A stretch of DNA of 64,000 nucleotides from contig NW_024704742.1 of NCBI RefSeq assembly GCF_018977255.1, positions 117,926,001 through 117,990,000 on the forward strand, read 5' to 3'. Position numbers and translations under genes: made by a program. Below, in pieces: positions 49,871-63,184 of this stretch (the stretch's first letter is position 1; every line of letters starts with the position of its first letter). The DNA comes from Callorhinchus milii. Taxonomy: Eukaryota. The notes beneath the pieces are model-generated. The model ran no database searches. It was not told where the DNA came from and saw only the letters and a list, made by a program, of their open reading frames with translations.

Positions 49871-52800
49871 TGTCCCGAACCACCCATGTACTAAATCCAA
49901 TAATGTTATTTCCTAAAAGAAAACTTTTAGGAAAGTATAATATAATATCAAGCTAAATACACCAGGTTGATATTATAATGGAAAATGGTAAGGATAAGTG
50001 GCTTTCGGGGCTTCTTCATCCAAACCTCTTTTGTAATTTTCTCTAAATAGTCATTCTTTCCTGGCAATATGTTCTAAATAGGTTACTCAAACATCTCACA
50101 ATGAAGTATGGTTACCTTAATGACTATTTGCAGTAGGTCACACGCAGAAAAAAAAGGAAGAAACTTGATACTTGATGGGCTAAAAGTCCCATTTCTAGGC
50201 TGTAACATTCTATGTCTCTCATCTCGTCAATATTTTCTCAAATCTTTTTATCAACTGAAAAAAAATCTAAATTTTCCATAATTGATTTCTAAGTCCTAGA
50301 ATTTTTAGTTTTTTTTCTCTGAACCCATTCCAATGTTTCAATGGCATTTTGTAGAAAGAGTATCCAAAATACACACCGTAAGTTAAATGTACAAAGAAAC
50401 ATCTTGGTACTCAAATGCCCTCAAGAAATACCTCAAATTTGATTAGTTTTTCTGACAGAAGATTTACATTGACTGAAATCCTCCACTGACTAATCAATCT
50501 GATTGAAATCCACCCCCCCCTGAAACTTTGCTTCTAGACACCCTTTTGCTGTACACCCATTTATTGTCTCTTGTTCCAATATTTATAAGATTGCATTAAT
50601 CTGCAGTATAATCCATCTGCCACTCATCCAACTTAAACTCATCTGCTTAAATTAGTTCAAATGTGCTAGCTTCTCAGTGGAGTGTGCATAGCTCATGGAA
50701 AACAAAGAAAAAAGGAATGAGTACTCATACTTTAGAGTTCATAAATAAGAACAGCAGTGAATACCTGTTTTGCTGATAAACACTTGAGGTTTTACCAGCA
50801 AGGTAGGAATGCTTGCAATGCTGATTCAACGGAGTACTGGACCAGCTACTCAACAAGCCCAAATGCAGCTTTTTAACCTATAAATTATATTACATAACAC
50901 ATTACCTTAAAACAAATCAATCTCTTTACAGAAGTGCAACTCTGGGTCTCAGCAGTAATTATAAGAAACATACAGTTGGTACTTTTGTATATACAACCAG
51001 CTAAGAATGTTTCTAACGACCCAGTGACACTATGCAAACAGTGGTAATGAAGATAGATTACAGACACTTAGCTGCCAAGGTCAATAGCTAAAGTCTGTCT
51101 TCACTACTAATTTTGCTCAGACCCATTCTCTAAAAGCATTTTTTCATTGATTTCATAGGAATATTTTATTTGATTCTGCTGCATATCTGTAACAAAATAT
51201 CTGAACCGGATTAGACATTTTATTTCGTAATCAGATTCAGAAAAAGAAAAATGTACAATCATCCTGCAGCTATATAACTGAAGAAATCACCAGATACTGT
51301 TTTAAAATAGGTGTGTCAAATGAACAGCTATAACCCTGGACTTTGATTAGCCAATATTCCCAATTGTATAAATCCAGTACTCCATGCACCATTACTGTAT
51401 TTGATGTGAATTAAAAGGACTATTTAGGAAAGTGTGCATTTCTCTGCATCCTGGTCAATATTCTTCTACTCCAAATTCATCCCCAAAAATTAATTGGTCA
51501 ATTGTCTTATTATTTCTGGAAATTTTCTGGTGCCAATGGGCTGCATAAACAACCAGTTGTGCACAAATAACTAGTTACTAAGTTTCAAAGTAACTCACTG
51601 AGTGAAACACTTCAAGACTTTGGACCTAAGGAACTACATCAGCTACATGTGGCATTATGAACAAAAGGAGATCTGCTTTGGATGGATAACAATTAGAATC
51701 TGTGCAACAATATTAAGTAAGTGCTTTGTGGTGCCACCTACATGAAGGGCGCTATATAAATCCAAGTTGTTGCTGTTGAAGAAAATACATGATTTGTCCA
51801 TCCTCTGTCCAATTTGGTCTTGCACTTCCCAAGGTGATCATTCTATCTTTCAGATGAGAAGCTAACCGGTAAATAGCAGTGCTAGTATCTAAGACTTCTG
51901 GTACCATCAAGCGCTGTGGAATGCTACCCTGCATGAAGGCGCTATGTAAGTGCAAGTTGTTGCTGTCGTCATTGATGTAGGTATAATGCAGCGCACCTTT
52001 CTTTAAGAAAGCCCCAACTTAAATGTGATTGCATAATTTGTAGTTTCCTCTTTACTGAATTCAATAATTGCGAAATTGCTTTTTGCAAAAGTAAAGCCCA
52101 GTTAGAACACGTTTGTTAGGATATTTTTCTTCCAAAGATAGATGTTCTCTAGCATTCTAATGACCCAGTGGAAAGAAAACCAACAAGGGTGTAATTTGTG
52201 CCCAACTATATATCAACTTTAGAAATATTGATCAAAATTTAATCACTTAGTATTTACATTCCCTCTGACCTAGAACAGATATGAGCAACACAGTCAAATT
52301 ATTAGTTATTAAGGATGGTGCAAGGATCTAAGTCACAGTACCTATGCAAAGTGTAAAATTACTCTAGTTACCTCACAGGTGACTTTAAAATGGACACTGA
52401 GTATACAATTATTTACTCTGGTTTAATAATGAGGGAGTAAATAACAAGAAAAAGGGTTTTGAATTACTATGCTGTTCAGTTCCTCTAAAATCAAAGCGCT
52501 CTACAATTGGAAGCAAGAGAGGCAGTAGCATTAATACTATTCACATAAATTTAACAATGTATTATCAGAGTTTTCTGCAATGTATAGCTACATCATGCAC
52601 CAAATTAAAAATTTTGAACTACCGCCACACTTGTCCCAACCTTAATTCCCAGGTATTCAGTAGGCTCATCAATCCAACAGTTAATCAGCTTGCTGAACTG
52701 TAGAAACACTGGCTGGCTGCAGTCACACTAGCGGACTGGTTCTCTTATACTGGCAAACAGTCACGTTCAATTGAAGAAAGCTATTTTCATGTAACAATTT

Positions 52801-53539
52801 TATATGCAAGTTTCACCATTGTAACAGTTCGCATCAATGTTTAGAAAACGTGAATGCATTAATAAGGACCATGATCAACATCGAAATGATGTGTGAATGT
52901 GCATGCGCAGTTGGTGAAGTAGATTACACCCATTTATGACATGAGTGATAACATTTTAAAACAATTTACAGGAACAAAGAGCAACTCAATATTTTAAATG
53001 TTTCTATTGCTAGAAATAGATTATACATTTGACCCTTCTAAATTTGTGTCCTCCCCCTTTATCAGCAAATGTGTCTTAGCTATCTTAAAGCTAAGATAGT
53101 GTATACGTTTTGGTTTATGTTTTAACCAATTTGAATTTCCTATTCTACTAATAATCATACAGATAACACAATAAAAAGTAATGCACTGTAGTGAAATTTA
53201 ATTTAGAAGTTTTATCATGCACATCAATCAGAAACTAAACTTTTTAAAACTTAAATTTCCCATCATAGTTGAGACATGGACCCCACCGTCATATTTAAAA
53301 AAAACTTAATTGACAGACTTTGAATGACTTACTCGTATATTAGTGAATTCCAATATCCCAAGAATTCTCTTAGCTTTTTTCTGCAACTGCTAGATTTGAA
53401 TCTAGAATCCAGATCACTAATACTTCACAATTTAAAAACCTTAACTTTTAGATTTAATTTCTAATTCAAACATGCACATTATGATTTTCGATGTCAAAAA
53501 ATTTCCAGTTACAACATAAATGTGGAGAAATAAATTCAC

Positions 53540-53645
53540 CTGTTTTTTGATCATATATTCATCACCCTCGTCAGCTTTTAGTTTTGCAACTTTTTCTTCT
53601 TGCTGTTTGGCTTCTTTTTCATACATAACTTTTTCTTTCACCAAC
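53540..53645 (-). CDS. TBCA: TBCA (tubulin folding cofactor A) coding exon 2
   Basis: tgCAG|G TTG GTG AAA... encodes (R)LVKEKVMYEKEAKQQEEKVAKLKADEGDEYMIKKQ and ends |GTGAAT. 106 nt. Matches human LVKEKVMYEKEAKQQEEKIEKMRAEDGENYDIKKQ. Confidence 0.96.
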
Positions 53646-53939
53646 CTGCAGATTAAAACAATATCATGATAATATTCAAGTCAAACTGATAAAATCAAGT
53701 TTTTTCCTCATCACCATACATACAGATATTTGGAATTGTTTAGTTAATGATTTTGTGAATTAATGCACAATTATTTCAATACAAGTTTCCACTAATATAT
53801 CACGACTACTTCAATACTTAAGTGTCACAAAACAAAGAAATACATTTCACAAAGTTTGTGCAAAGGTTCCTTCATAATGAGCAAAGCATTTAAAAATCCT
53901 AAAGGTTAAACATACCATCTATTGCTAACTATTATTTAA

Positions 53940-54620
53940 TAACAAAAAAGCAAAATTTGATCCATCTTTTCTCACATTTTCCTTTTTATACAGATACGAA
54001 TCCAGTCATTTACAATCCAGCTGTAAGCTCATTAGCTGCCATCCGTGGCGCGTTCAGCTCCTTTCTGCTCATTCCACTAATCTCCTCTCTTTACTCCATT
54101 TATTTGCCATTTTTGCTGCTGCTCCTCTACAAAATACAACGCTGCCCCTTCCAAGATTAATTGATCATCAATTTAGTCCTCATTTGGATCAAGTCAGGTG
54201 GTAAATGGACCACTTTTGCTTGATTGTTAGTGAAATGTCTGCAAGTACATTGATAAATTTTGATTATTTATCAATTACCACCAAATGAACTAAATCTATT
54301 GAATAAATTCCTGCCTGATTGCTATAATAGAGTTTGAAAATATTGCTATTGATAATGATTCCCATTAATAGTTTCTTCCGGCTGCTGTTGCCTGGTTGTC
54401 GGCAAGACAACAAAGAATTCATTTTTCATAACATCAGCTGCATGTGCCTGAGCAATCCTTCATTAATCAGTTACATTACAGGGCCGCTCCTCTGTAATGT
54501 GTGTTGCTTTGCTCAGAAAGCTTAAAACACTTTGTCATATTTTATGTCAATTACCAGTAATTTTAATATCCTTCCATCAAAGCATCTTGTAATAGTTAGC
54601 ATATGCTGCAGCAAGAATCT
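53940..54620. promoter_or_regulatory. Candidate conserved non-coding element in TBCA intron 1
   Basis: Repeat-free block dense in TAAT/ATTA and TGAT motifs (gattaattgatcatcaatttag, ttgattatttatcaattac, cccattaatag, cattaatcagttacattac). Inference only. Confidence 0.4.
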
Positions 54621-57600
54621 TAAGCTTCCTTGAGATCACTTATTGCAGTTGTGCTTGTGTTTAGTCATGCTGTCTTAGGAAAGCAATTTTAAAAAAATGG
54701 GCTAATGAACACGCATTCCATAGTCTTAATTTATACTTTGCCAGCTAAGTCACTTATATGAAAGGTGGAGCTGAGCTTATTTTAAATGAATCTGCCAGTG
54801 TGTTTTCCCAAAGTTAATGGAAACGCAGCTCTCTGGAAAATGGAAAAAAGAATTAGACTCGACACACACTCAACTACTTTAATACTGTATTTTTGAGCCA
54901 TGTAGCTAGTGCCAGTTCAAATGACAAAACTAAATTACTGTTGTCATTTTATTAAGGGCATCCGCTGTTTCTGGCACTAACTCAAATGTGCAAAATTGCA
55001 GGAATACCATGCATAGTACTTTCAATGACCAAACAGGGGAGAGGAAACGAGAGCAGTGCTTCATTTTACTTTGCACTATGACTGTAGGTCTTACACAAGG
55101 TCACACATATATTGGTAGATCTACACCTAGTATTGTTTCAGAATTATAAATGGTTTAGAAAGGGAGCCACCGTTCAATAAATTCAATTTCAGTGTCTATA
55201 GAAATATTCTATCATGGACTGAAACCTTTTTTAATGAAGGCTAGAAATCACCAATAATCTGAGGAAGGAATGGCGATAACAATGCATAAATATACATTCA
55301 GATGCACATTTTCATGCTGTTTTTCGTGCTGATATAATGAAATCCTTCTATTATATTACACACATTCCATCACACTAATTCAAAACCACCATCATAAAAA
55401 ATGTAAAATAAGCTATTTTCACAGAATTTAATCAGTTTTGTTATTGAACATGATCTATGTGCAGTACAATATAATACTATAAAAAACTAGAAAGTCTAGA
55501 TTCAATCTCTGGCCTATGCTTAGTTTGTCTAAGTAACTTTGGTTTGGAAGGAAATTGGGGGAAAACTGAATATTTCTGCTCCTGATTGACTACAAAATAT
55601 ACAAAATATAGATACAATACTATATGTGAAGCACGTTGAGACATCCTCCCGACATGAAAGGTTCTACATCAATTGCCAGGATTATTATTATTATCCAGTA
55701 TTCACCCACTGAAAATGTATACATATGAAGATCAGGAATATAAATGAAAAGCTCAGAGTCAACTAACATGGACTGGTGCATGCAAGTTGCTTTTGGACTG
55801 CTGTATATAGAATCAATTATTTTTGAAAGCAGAAAGGTAAAGCTAAAATTTTTTTAAAAAAACTTACATTTGATTTAATGCTTTTCAAGTTCGGAAGACT
55901 TCTCAAATTGCTTCAAAGGATCCACTGTACAATGTAGTCACTGCATTTTGTAGGGGAATTTAAGATGCTTTGAAAAAGTTAAGTTTTAAATCATTTTATT
56001 CTCCAAACTCATTTAATTTTAGTGTATTTTAACTAACCTCAATATTGAAATGATTATCTTTTCCATTATTTATAGTACAATCTTATCCATTATTTAGAAT
56101 AATTACCATATGAATGTTTTACCCACTATTCTGGTCATTCTTTACCTCTACAACTGTCCTAATTTTACCGTCTTACAATATAGGTTTATCTTATTTTCAT
56201 CAGTGTCCTTCGGAATTATTTTTGATGCTGCAATAATGTAGTTTGAATCCAAGACTGTGCAACAGCTCAAATGTACCCACACCTGGAAAACTAGCACCAA
56301 AGAATATTGCAATGTTCAGCCTATATCTGTAGTCACTTTATAAATAAAAGTAACCTAAATTGAAATCTACTTCAATGTATCCCAGGCCACTCTGTGGGAC
56401 GGATGTCATGGAGCTCGGCCTGTGATTGACATATTAGTTAGCCCAGGGTTGATTTACATTTCAAAAGCCAAGCCAGGTGCCTTTAGAGGCTTTCAACCTC
56501 TTGGACTTTGACTGGGAGAACCTTTGCCACACAATCGCATGACAAATGGCACTGTTAATAGAATGGATCAATACTCTATGGGTACTAGAATAAAATCCAC
56601 ATGATTTTATTCTCAATGGCCTGGTGCTGATTCCTTAGTGAAAAATCTGTGGCAAATTTCCCATACAATCATGTTATGATGGGAGGACGTGAACCTTAAA
56701 CAGTAGTCTGTGATGGTAAGTATATGGTTACACGTGGGAGTGTTTGAATACCAAATGTAAAGCTATATTCAGTACTGAGATGATGAAGTAGATAAAGAAC
56801 AAATAGCATACAAACAGTGAATCCAGAAAGTTCACCAATTTGCTGGAAAGATTGGACTTTGGTATCATGCTTTTTTGTGCAATGTTGTCAAAGTATCGAT
56901 CAACATAAAAAAGATTGTCACAGGAGATAAAGCAGCAATGTACGAACACTGAGGAAATGTAAACTGATGCTTCATGGATGGGACTCCCTTCATGTAACAC
57001 ACAGAAACACAAGCATGAGTAATATTCATGACTCCATCAAGTCACAGAATCTTAAAGAGACATCATCATTTGTTATTTTGGTTTGGTAAAGCGCATACTT
57101 ATTGGTTCTGATACTCAGCGGTGTGTGAAAAATGTCTCCAATGAAGAGTGGTACGGTCCCAAGATAAGAAAACTATTTACTTGAAGGAATGTTACACATT
57201 TGGGAACATACATCTTGCACATTACATTCTGCATACGAGTGGGACCTCCCCACAGTATCACTTATCCACTTTAATAGAAAGGATAAAACAGTTGCTAAAC
57301 TAAAAATGATTGTATACAACATTAGATTGCATGAAAAGATACTTAGTTTTTACTTAGTTCCCCTGTCTCAACAAAAAAGCTAAATAATATGTAATATATA
57401 TATATATAATCTAACTAGCAATTGTATTGAAACAGTTTTCACATAAGATATTAACACAAAATCTGATCAATAAGTAATAGATTTGGGGATTACGATCTTA
57501 TTCCAATATACAATACACTGTTTCTTTTAAATGATCTATAGTCTATGTCAGGCATATTAAACAAGCTGTAGTATCATTAAGACCAGCTCATAGATATTAC

Positions 57601-57771
57601 ATTACTGATACGTTACTGATATTCTTTAACACTATAAAAGACACCCATTAGAATATAACATTCAAGGAACTCTAGGTACCATTGACATTGTTTGCAATAA
57701 TTAAAGCTGTCATTTTCTGTCATTATACATTTACATCACAAGTTAAGGTTGGAATAAGACCACAAGATTTA

Positions 57772-58086
57772 ATAATAACAATAATCCTTACATTTGATAT
57801 AGCGCTTTTCACGTCTTCCAGACGTCTCAAAGTGCTTCACAGAATATGCTGCAAAATGAATTGACTGTATATTTGTGGGCGAAACGCGGCAGCCAATTGC
57901 GCACAGCAATGTCCCACAAACAGTCGTGGATTGAAAATGACCTATTTATTATTATTTTGTTTTGGAGGGATTATTATTAGGTGTGTGGAGTAAGGAAACT
58001 TGCCCAAGGTTTTGCCCTGCCTGGGAATTGAACCCAGGTCTCTCGCTTGCAAGGCGAGTGCTCTAACCGCTGAGCTACAGGACTCC
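57772..58086 (-). mobile_element. Full-length young tRNA-Ala-derived SINE, short type
   Basis: Minus strand ggagtcctgtagctcagcggttagagcactcgccttgcaagcgagagacctgggttcaattcccagg has an A box, anticodon arm ctcgc-cttgcaa-gcgag (TGC) and B box GGTTCAATTCC; L2-type tail. Confidence 0.93.
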
Positions 58087-58087
58087 A

Positions 58088-60110
58088 CGTAGGAGCAGGA
58101 GTAGGCCATTCGGCTCCTCGAGTCTGCCCCTGCCATTTAATAAGATCCTGGCTGATCTTCTAACCTAATTCCATTTACCCACCCTATCCCCATATTCCTT
58201 AATCTATCCTTTAGAAATCTATCAATCTCAGTCTTGAATGTGTTCAAGGACTGAGCACCAACAGCCTTCTTGAGCAGAGAATTCCACAAATTCACTGAAG
58301 AAATGTTTCCTCAACTCAGTTCGAAAAGGCCGACCCTTAACCATGAGACTATGACCCCTAGTTTTAGATTTTCCAACCAGGGGAAACAGTCTCACGGCGT
58401 CTACCTGTCAAGACGCTTAAGAATCTAATAGGTTTCTATAAGATCACCTCTAATTCTTCTATACTCTAGAGAATATAGGCCTAGTTTACTCAACCTATCC
58501 TCATAGGTCAATCCCCTCATCCCAGGAACCAACCTAGAGAATCTACGCTGCACCCCCTCTAAGGCAAGTATGTCCTTTCTTAAATAAGGAGACGAAAGCT
58601 TCCTCCCGACGTGAAAGGCGCTATACAAATGTAATCTTGTTGCTGAAAACTGCACACAATATTCTAGGTTCAATCTCACCAAGGCCATATACAACTGCAG
58701 CAAGACTTCCCTACTCTTGTACTCTTAACTCTTTTGCAACGAATGCCAACATGGCATTAGCCTTCCTAGTTGCTTGCTGTACCTGCAGACTAACTTTTTG
58801 TGACTGGTGTACAAGGACACCCAAAGCTTTCTGAACACTAACACTACTTATTCTCTCGCCCTCTAGAAAATAATCCGCTTTTCTATTTTTACTACCTAGG
58901 TGAATAACTTCACACTTCCCCACGTTATACTCCATCTGCCACCTTCGTGCCCACTCACCTAGCCTGTCTATTTTCCTTTACATTCTTCTTGTATCATCCT
59001 CACAGCTTACTCTCCCACCTATCTTCGTATCGTCCGCAAATTTAGATATATTAAGTTCTATTTCCTCATCTAAATCATTGATATGGACTGTAAATAATAA
59101 TAATCCTATAATAATAATCCTTGCATTTGATATAGCGCTTTTCACGTCGGGAGGACGTCCCAAAGCGCTTCACAGAACACACTGTAAAGTGAATTGACTG
59201 TATATTTGTGGGCGAACGCGGCAGCCAATTGCGCACAGCAATGTCCCACAAACAGTCGTAGATTGAAAATGACCAATTTATTATTGTTTTTGGAGGGATT
59301 ATTATTAGGCTCTGTGTGGAGTAAGGAAACTTGCCCAAGGTTTCGCCCTGACCTGCCTGGAATTGAACTCAGGTCTCTCGCTTGCAAAGCGAGTGCTCTA
59401 ACCACTGAGCTACAGGACTCCACTGAGCTACAGGACTCCAAATAAATAAATAATTGAAGCCCAAGCACTGATCCTTGTGGCACTCCACTAGTCACATCCT
59501 GCCAATCTGAGAAGGATCAGTTTATTCCTACTCTCTGTTTTCTTTCTGTTAGCCACTCACCAATCGATGCTAACATGTTGTCTTTAATCCCATGGGCTCT
59601 AATCTTATGCAACAGCCTTTTATGTGGCACCTTGTCAAATGCCTTCTGGAAATCCAAATACACATCTACTGATTCTAAGTACCCCACGACGACATCCCTA
59701 ATTAAGGACTCTAGAATTTTCCCTACCACAGATGTCAGACTAAATGGCCTATAGTTCCCCATTTTTTGTCTCCCACCCTTCTTAAATATCGGCGTTACGT
59801 TTGCAACTTTCCAATCACTGGGAACCATTCCAGAATCCAGGAATTTTGGAAGATCAAAAACAAAGCATCCACTATTTCTGCAACCACCTCTTTTAAAATC
59901 CTAGGATAGGCCATCAGGTCAGGGGATTTATCGGCTTTTAATTCTATCAATTTTTCTAGTACTATTGCTTTACTGATGTTCATTTCTTTAAGTTCTTCAC
60001 GAACATGAGCCTCCAGGTTCCTCTCTATTTTTGGTAAGTTTTCAGTGTCCTCTAACATGAAGACAGAAGCAAAATAATTGTTAAATGACTCTGCCATTTC
60101 TTTATTCCAC
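58088..60110 (-). mobile_element. 5'-truncated CR1 LINE (ORF2 reverse transcriptase to 3' end), disrupted
   Basis: CR1 motifs in order: DWKVANVTPIFKKG..NYRPFSLTSVVGKILES, YLDFQKAFDKVPHKRLL, VTSGVPQGSVLG, SKFADDTKIGG, LEYCVQF..SPYLRKDILALEGVQRR, RRIRGDLIETY. 3' end gccgaatggcctactcctgctcct. Contains stops, frameshifts, an internal deletion and two nested insertions. Confidence 0.95.
59099..59439 (-). mobile_element. Full-length tRNA-Ala-derived SINE (short type) nested in the CR1
   Basis: It splits the CR1 between VLGLQLF and TVHINDLD, and is flanked by taaataat at 59091-59098 and 59447-59454 (target-site duplication). The 5' 18-mer is tandemly duplicated. Confidence 0.93.
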
Positions 60111-62254
60111 AGTCATGGTATAAAGGTGCATTTTATGTGTCATAAAGCTTTCTGTACAATTATTCGAAATAAATTATACCCACATTAATGAATACTAATC
60201 TCTAACAGTTTCAATGTTTGGCTGCATATTAAAATATATAATAAAAACGTGTTTGATTACCAGCTGCTTCTTTATTAAGTTACATAAGTAAAGTTATCAT
60301 TTATTACTTTATAAATGCTTAAGGAGAAACATTTGTTTATTTTTAAATAATTTTCAAAATCTATTTCAGTTCATCAAAATATATCGATATACAATACATT
60401 ATAACATTCAATAATATAACATATTCCAATTCAAACATAATTGTTATTATTTCTTCAGCTCTTAATTCCATAATCATTGTATTTTTTAACATCTTATTTA
60501 ATAAAAAGAAGCAATTTGGATTAATTTTAATCATTTGTATTGAAAGTAAAACATGATTCAAGCAAATTATTTGGTCACTCCTGAATGGTTTATTTAGTTG
60601 GTAACTTTTTAGAAGCATCTAGTAATGAACTGGGCTGCTTGAGATTCTTCAAGATCACTCACTGCTCTGTTGCTCCTTTCTGGTCATTACAATTTATTTT
60701 GCACCACTTTACTCTGAACATTGCAACTTCTATTTTCACCAATATGTTTAAATAATGTATTGATAAAAATAGGAGAGGATCAAGAGCACAGGATATATTG
60801 GGGATGGATATGTGGGCACAAAATGAGAAACCATTGGATGACATGTAGATGAAGACATTAGGACAAATAAGAGTTTGACTAAGAAAGTACTGTGTCATGG
60901 AAGTGCAATTGTTGTGTTGTTGTTGAGTTTCATTGTGCAAAACTAATTCCATAGCTGTGGATGACTTTGCTGAGGGATAGCATGTAGATGAGGAATGGGT
61001 GACCCTGTGTGGTGTCCTTTTGTGCCAGATTCAGAATGTCATGGATACAAATAATACATTATTAGAAAACACCTGCGAGCTCAGGGAGTTCGCATAGAAT
61101 CTCAGCCGGACCACAGGCCTTGAGAACTAGAATGTTACTCATTCTACCTGGAAAGGGGAAGAGAAACCTGAGAGTCTAGGATCTTAACAACAAACACAGA
61201 ATCATTGACAAAAGATTTGTACCCATTAGATAACATTGCTCTTTCTCGTGCTACATTTGCAGTATGTGTTTTCTGGGCACAGGGAAACAAAAATATTAAT
61301 ATTGCAACAAAAGCTACAGTACATTGGTGGCATCTTTATTGAAACAACGATGTGTAATTGTTCAGTGATCAGATGACAGATTTAGCTGGTTCAGTTTCAA
61401 GAAAAGCTTTCATTTGTAAATAGAGGAAGGTCTCATTCTACTTAAGATGGAATTTAATTTTTTCAATGTTAATAAACTGCAGGAATCAATAAGCTGCAAG
61501 AATGTCAGAACTGGAAGATAGGGCTGAAGGTTGAATGTCTGGTATCAGCACAACCTGAGTTTCTAGCAAGATGCACTAAAGACAATTTAAATAAACCCTT
61601 TAGTGCTCCGTTTTGAAATATGCTACAATTCTAGTACCAAAGAAAACAGTCAGACTCAATCACTGATAAGAATTGAGACAGCTGAAATGAGGGGGAAAAT
61701 AGGCAAGCGCTCACAAGTGGAAATGGTAAGATAGTTACTGAAAAGGCTCTTGATCAATACATTCTCCCAATTGGTACATGAAAGGTTCTTTTATAGTCAA
61801 GACTTATAGATGTGTAATTATGGTATGCCAACACCATTTAAACAAGAGTGCTAAAAGAATGTTACAAGTAAACTAAAAGGATTGCAATGTGAATTGTTTT
61901 AGGCTTATTCTAATCTACTGATGTCAGTTTGGTTTAATCAACACTAAACTATCAGCCTAAATTAGTACTACATTGACAGTTTTTTGTTTGGCTTTGTATA
62001 AAATACTATGGAATTTAATCCCATGGAAATCAATACAGAAGTCCTACCTATACTCACAAAACAAATTTTAATTTACAATTGAATAACAATTACTGTATGC
62101 GTAGATTACAATATTCAAGTTTTTTTTAAAAACTAATGTACCTCCAGCAAAAACTTGCATTTACAGTATATATTGCCCTTTACATAGGATAATTCCTCAA
62201 AGCTCTTCAGAGACTGTTCTTGGGATATTGCACTATGGTTTGGTCTATCTACAA

Positions 62255-62660
62255 AAGATTGGAGAAATAAGGGCTTTTTTCACTCAAACAAAGGTTGAGG
62301 GTTGACCTGACAGAGGTCTTTAAAATTATGATGTGTTTTGATAGTCAGTAGAAGAAATTATTTCCACTGGTCAGTGAGTCAGTGACGAAACATCATCAAT
62401 TTACGACAGTTAGTAAATGAGCAAATGGAGATGTTAGAAGATTTTTTTTCAAACACAGTAGTTTGAATATTTATGGAATGTCCTGCCAGGAGCACTAGTT
62501 GAGGCAAAATCCACATTGGTCTTCAAGAGGGAACTGGACACACCTTAAAAAGAGCCAGCGTCAGGGATTTGGGTAAAGGGCAGGTAAGTGGGGCTGAGAG
62601 GGTGCTCGATGAGCAGCGTGGACACGGTGGGCCTCTGTGCTGTAAATTTCTTTGGTTCCT
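62255..62660 (+). mobile_element. Old CR1 LINE 3' fragment
   Basis: ttggagaaataagggcttttttcactc..gttgacctgacagaggtctttaaaattatg resembles LEKLGLFSL..GDLxEVFKIM; also tggaatgtcctgccagg and terminus ctctgtgctgtaaatttctttggttc. Confidence 0.75.
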
Positions 62661-62679
62661 TTGCTCAGCCCCATCTCTT

Positions 62680-62914
62680 CAGCTAATGGGCTTGCTGCAG
62701 GTCTTCTGTCCTCTCCATGCCACCATCAGTGACCAAGCCTTCAGATTCTAAGGCCTTACCTCCAGAATGCTCTCCCTATCAATCTTTAAGCCTTGCCTTA
62801 AAACCTACTTCTTCGACTGTCACTTCCCCCCTTCCCTCCCCGCATTCCACCCACCTTTATAAAGCACAAAAGCATTATCGTACATGAAGGCACTATTTAA
62901 ATGCAAGTTGTTGT
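62680..62914 (+). mobile_element. L2 LINE 3' fragment
   Basis: gccttcagattctaaggcc..tccagaatgctctccct..tttaagccttgccttaaaacctacttcttc and tail aatgcaagttgttgt. Confidence 0.7.
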
Positions 62915-63082
62915 AGGCCCAGGAATCACAAACAATGCAGATTTAATGACATTTATGCTTACGTTATTGTAAGAACAAAAAGGCAAAATTAGTCAAAAGA
63001 ACACAAAAAATACATAACTCATTTGGATCTTGTTCATTTTCCTTACTTTTTTTGCTCTTCGCATTCTCCCTCCAGCAAACAA

Positions 63083-63184
63083 AAAAAATGGTCAAGTCAA
63101 TCACTGCACACGATGCTGTGCTATGTCTATACATACATAGACATAGCACAGCATCACGTGCAGTAATTGACTGGATCAGTTTTT
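63083..63184. repeat. Long inverted repeat/hairpin (48-bp arms, 6-nt loop)
   Basis: 63083-63130 pairs with 63137-63184 at 42 of 48 positions by Watson-Crick pairing; the loop is acatac. Confidence 0.92.

Noticed and set aside
56165..56215. TBCA exon 1 candidate
   Set aside because: It has a donor-like end but no frame resembles MADPRVRQIKIKTGVVKR. No such exon was found in 53646-64000.
58010..58086. tRNA-Ala(TGC) gene (also similar heads at 11199, 16097, 46125 and 59439)
   Set aside because: There is no proper acceptor stem, and each head continues into the same SINE body and LINE tail.
58088..60110. Active reverse transcriptase gene
   Set aside because: It is 5'-truncated with stops, frameshifts, an internal deletion and nested insertions.
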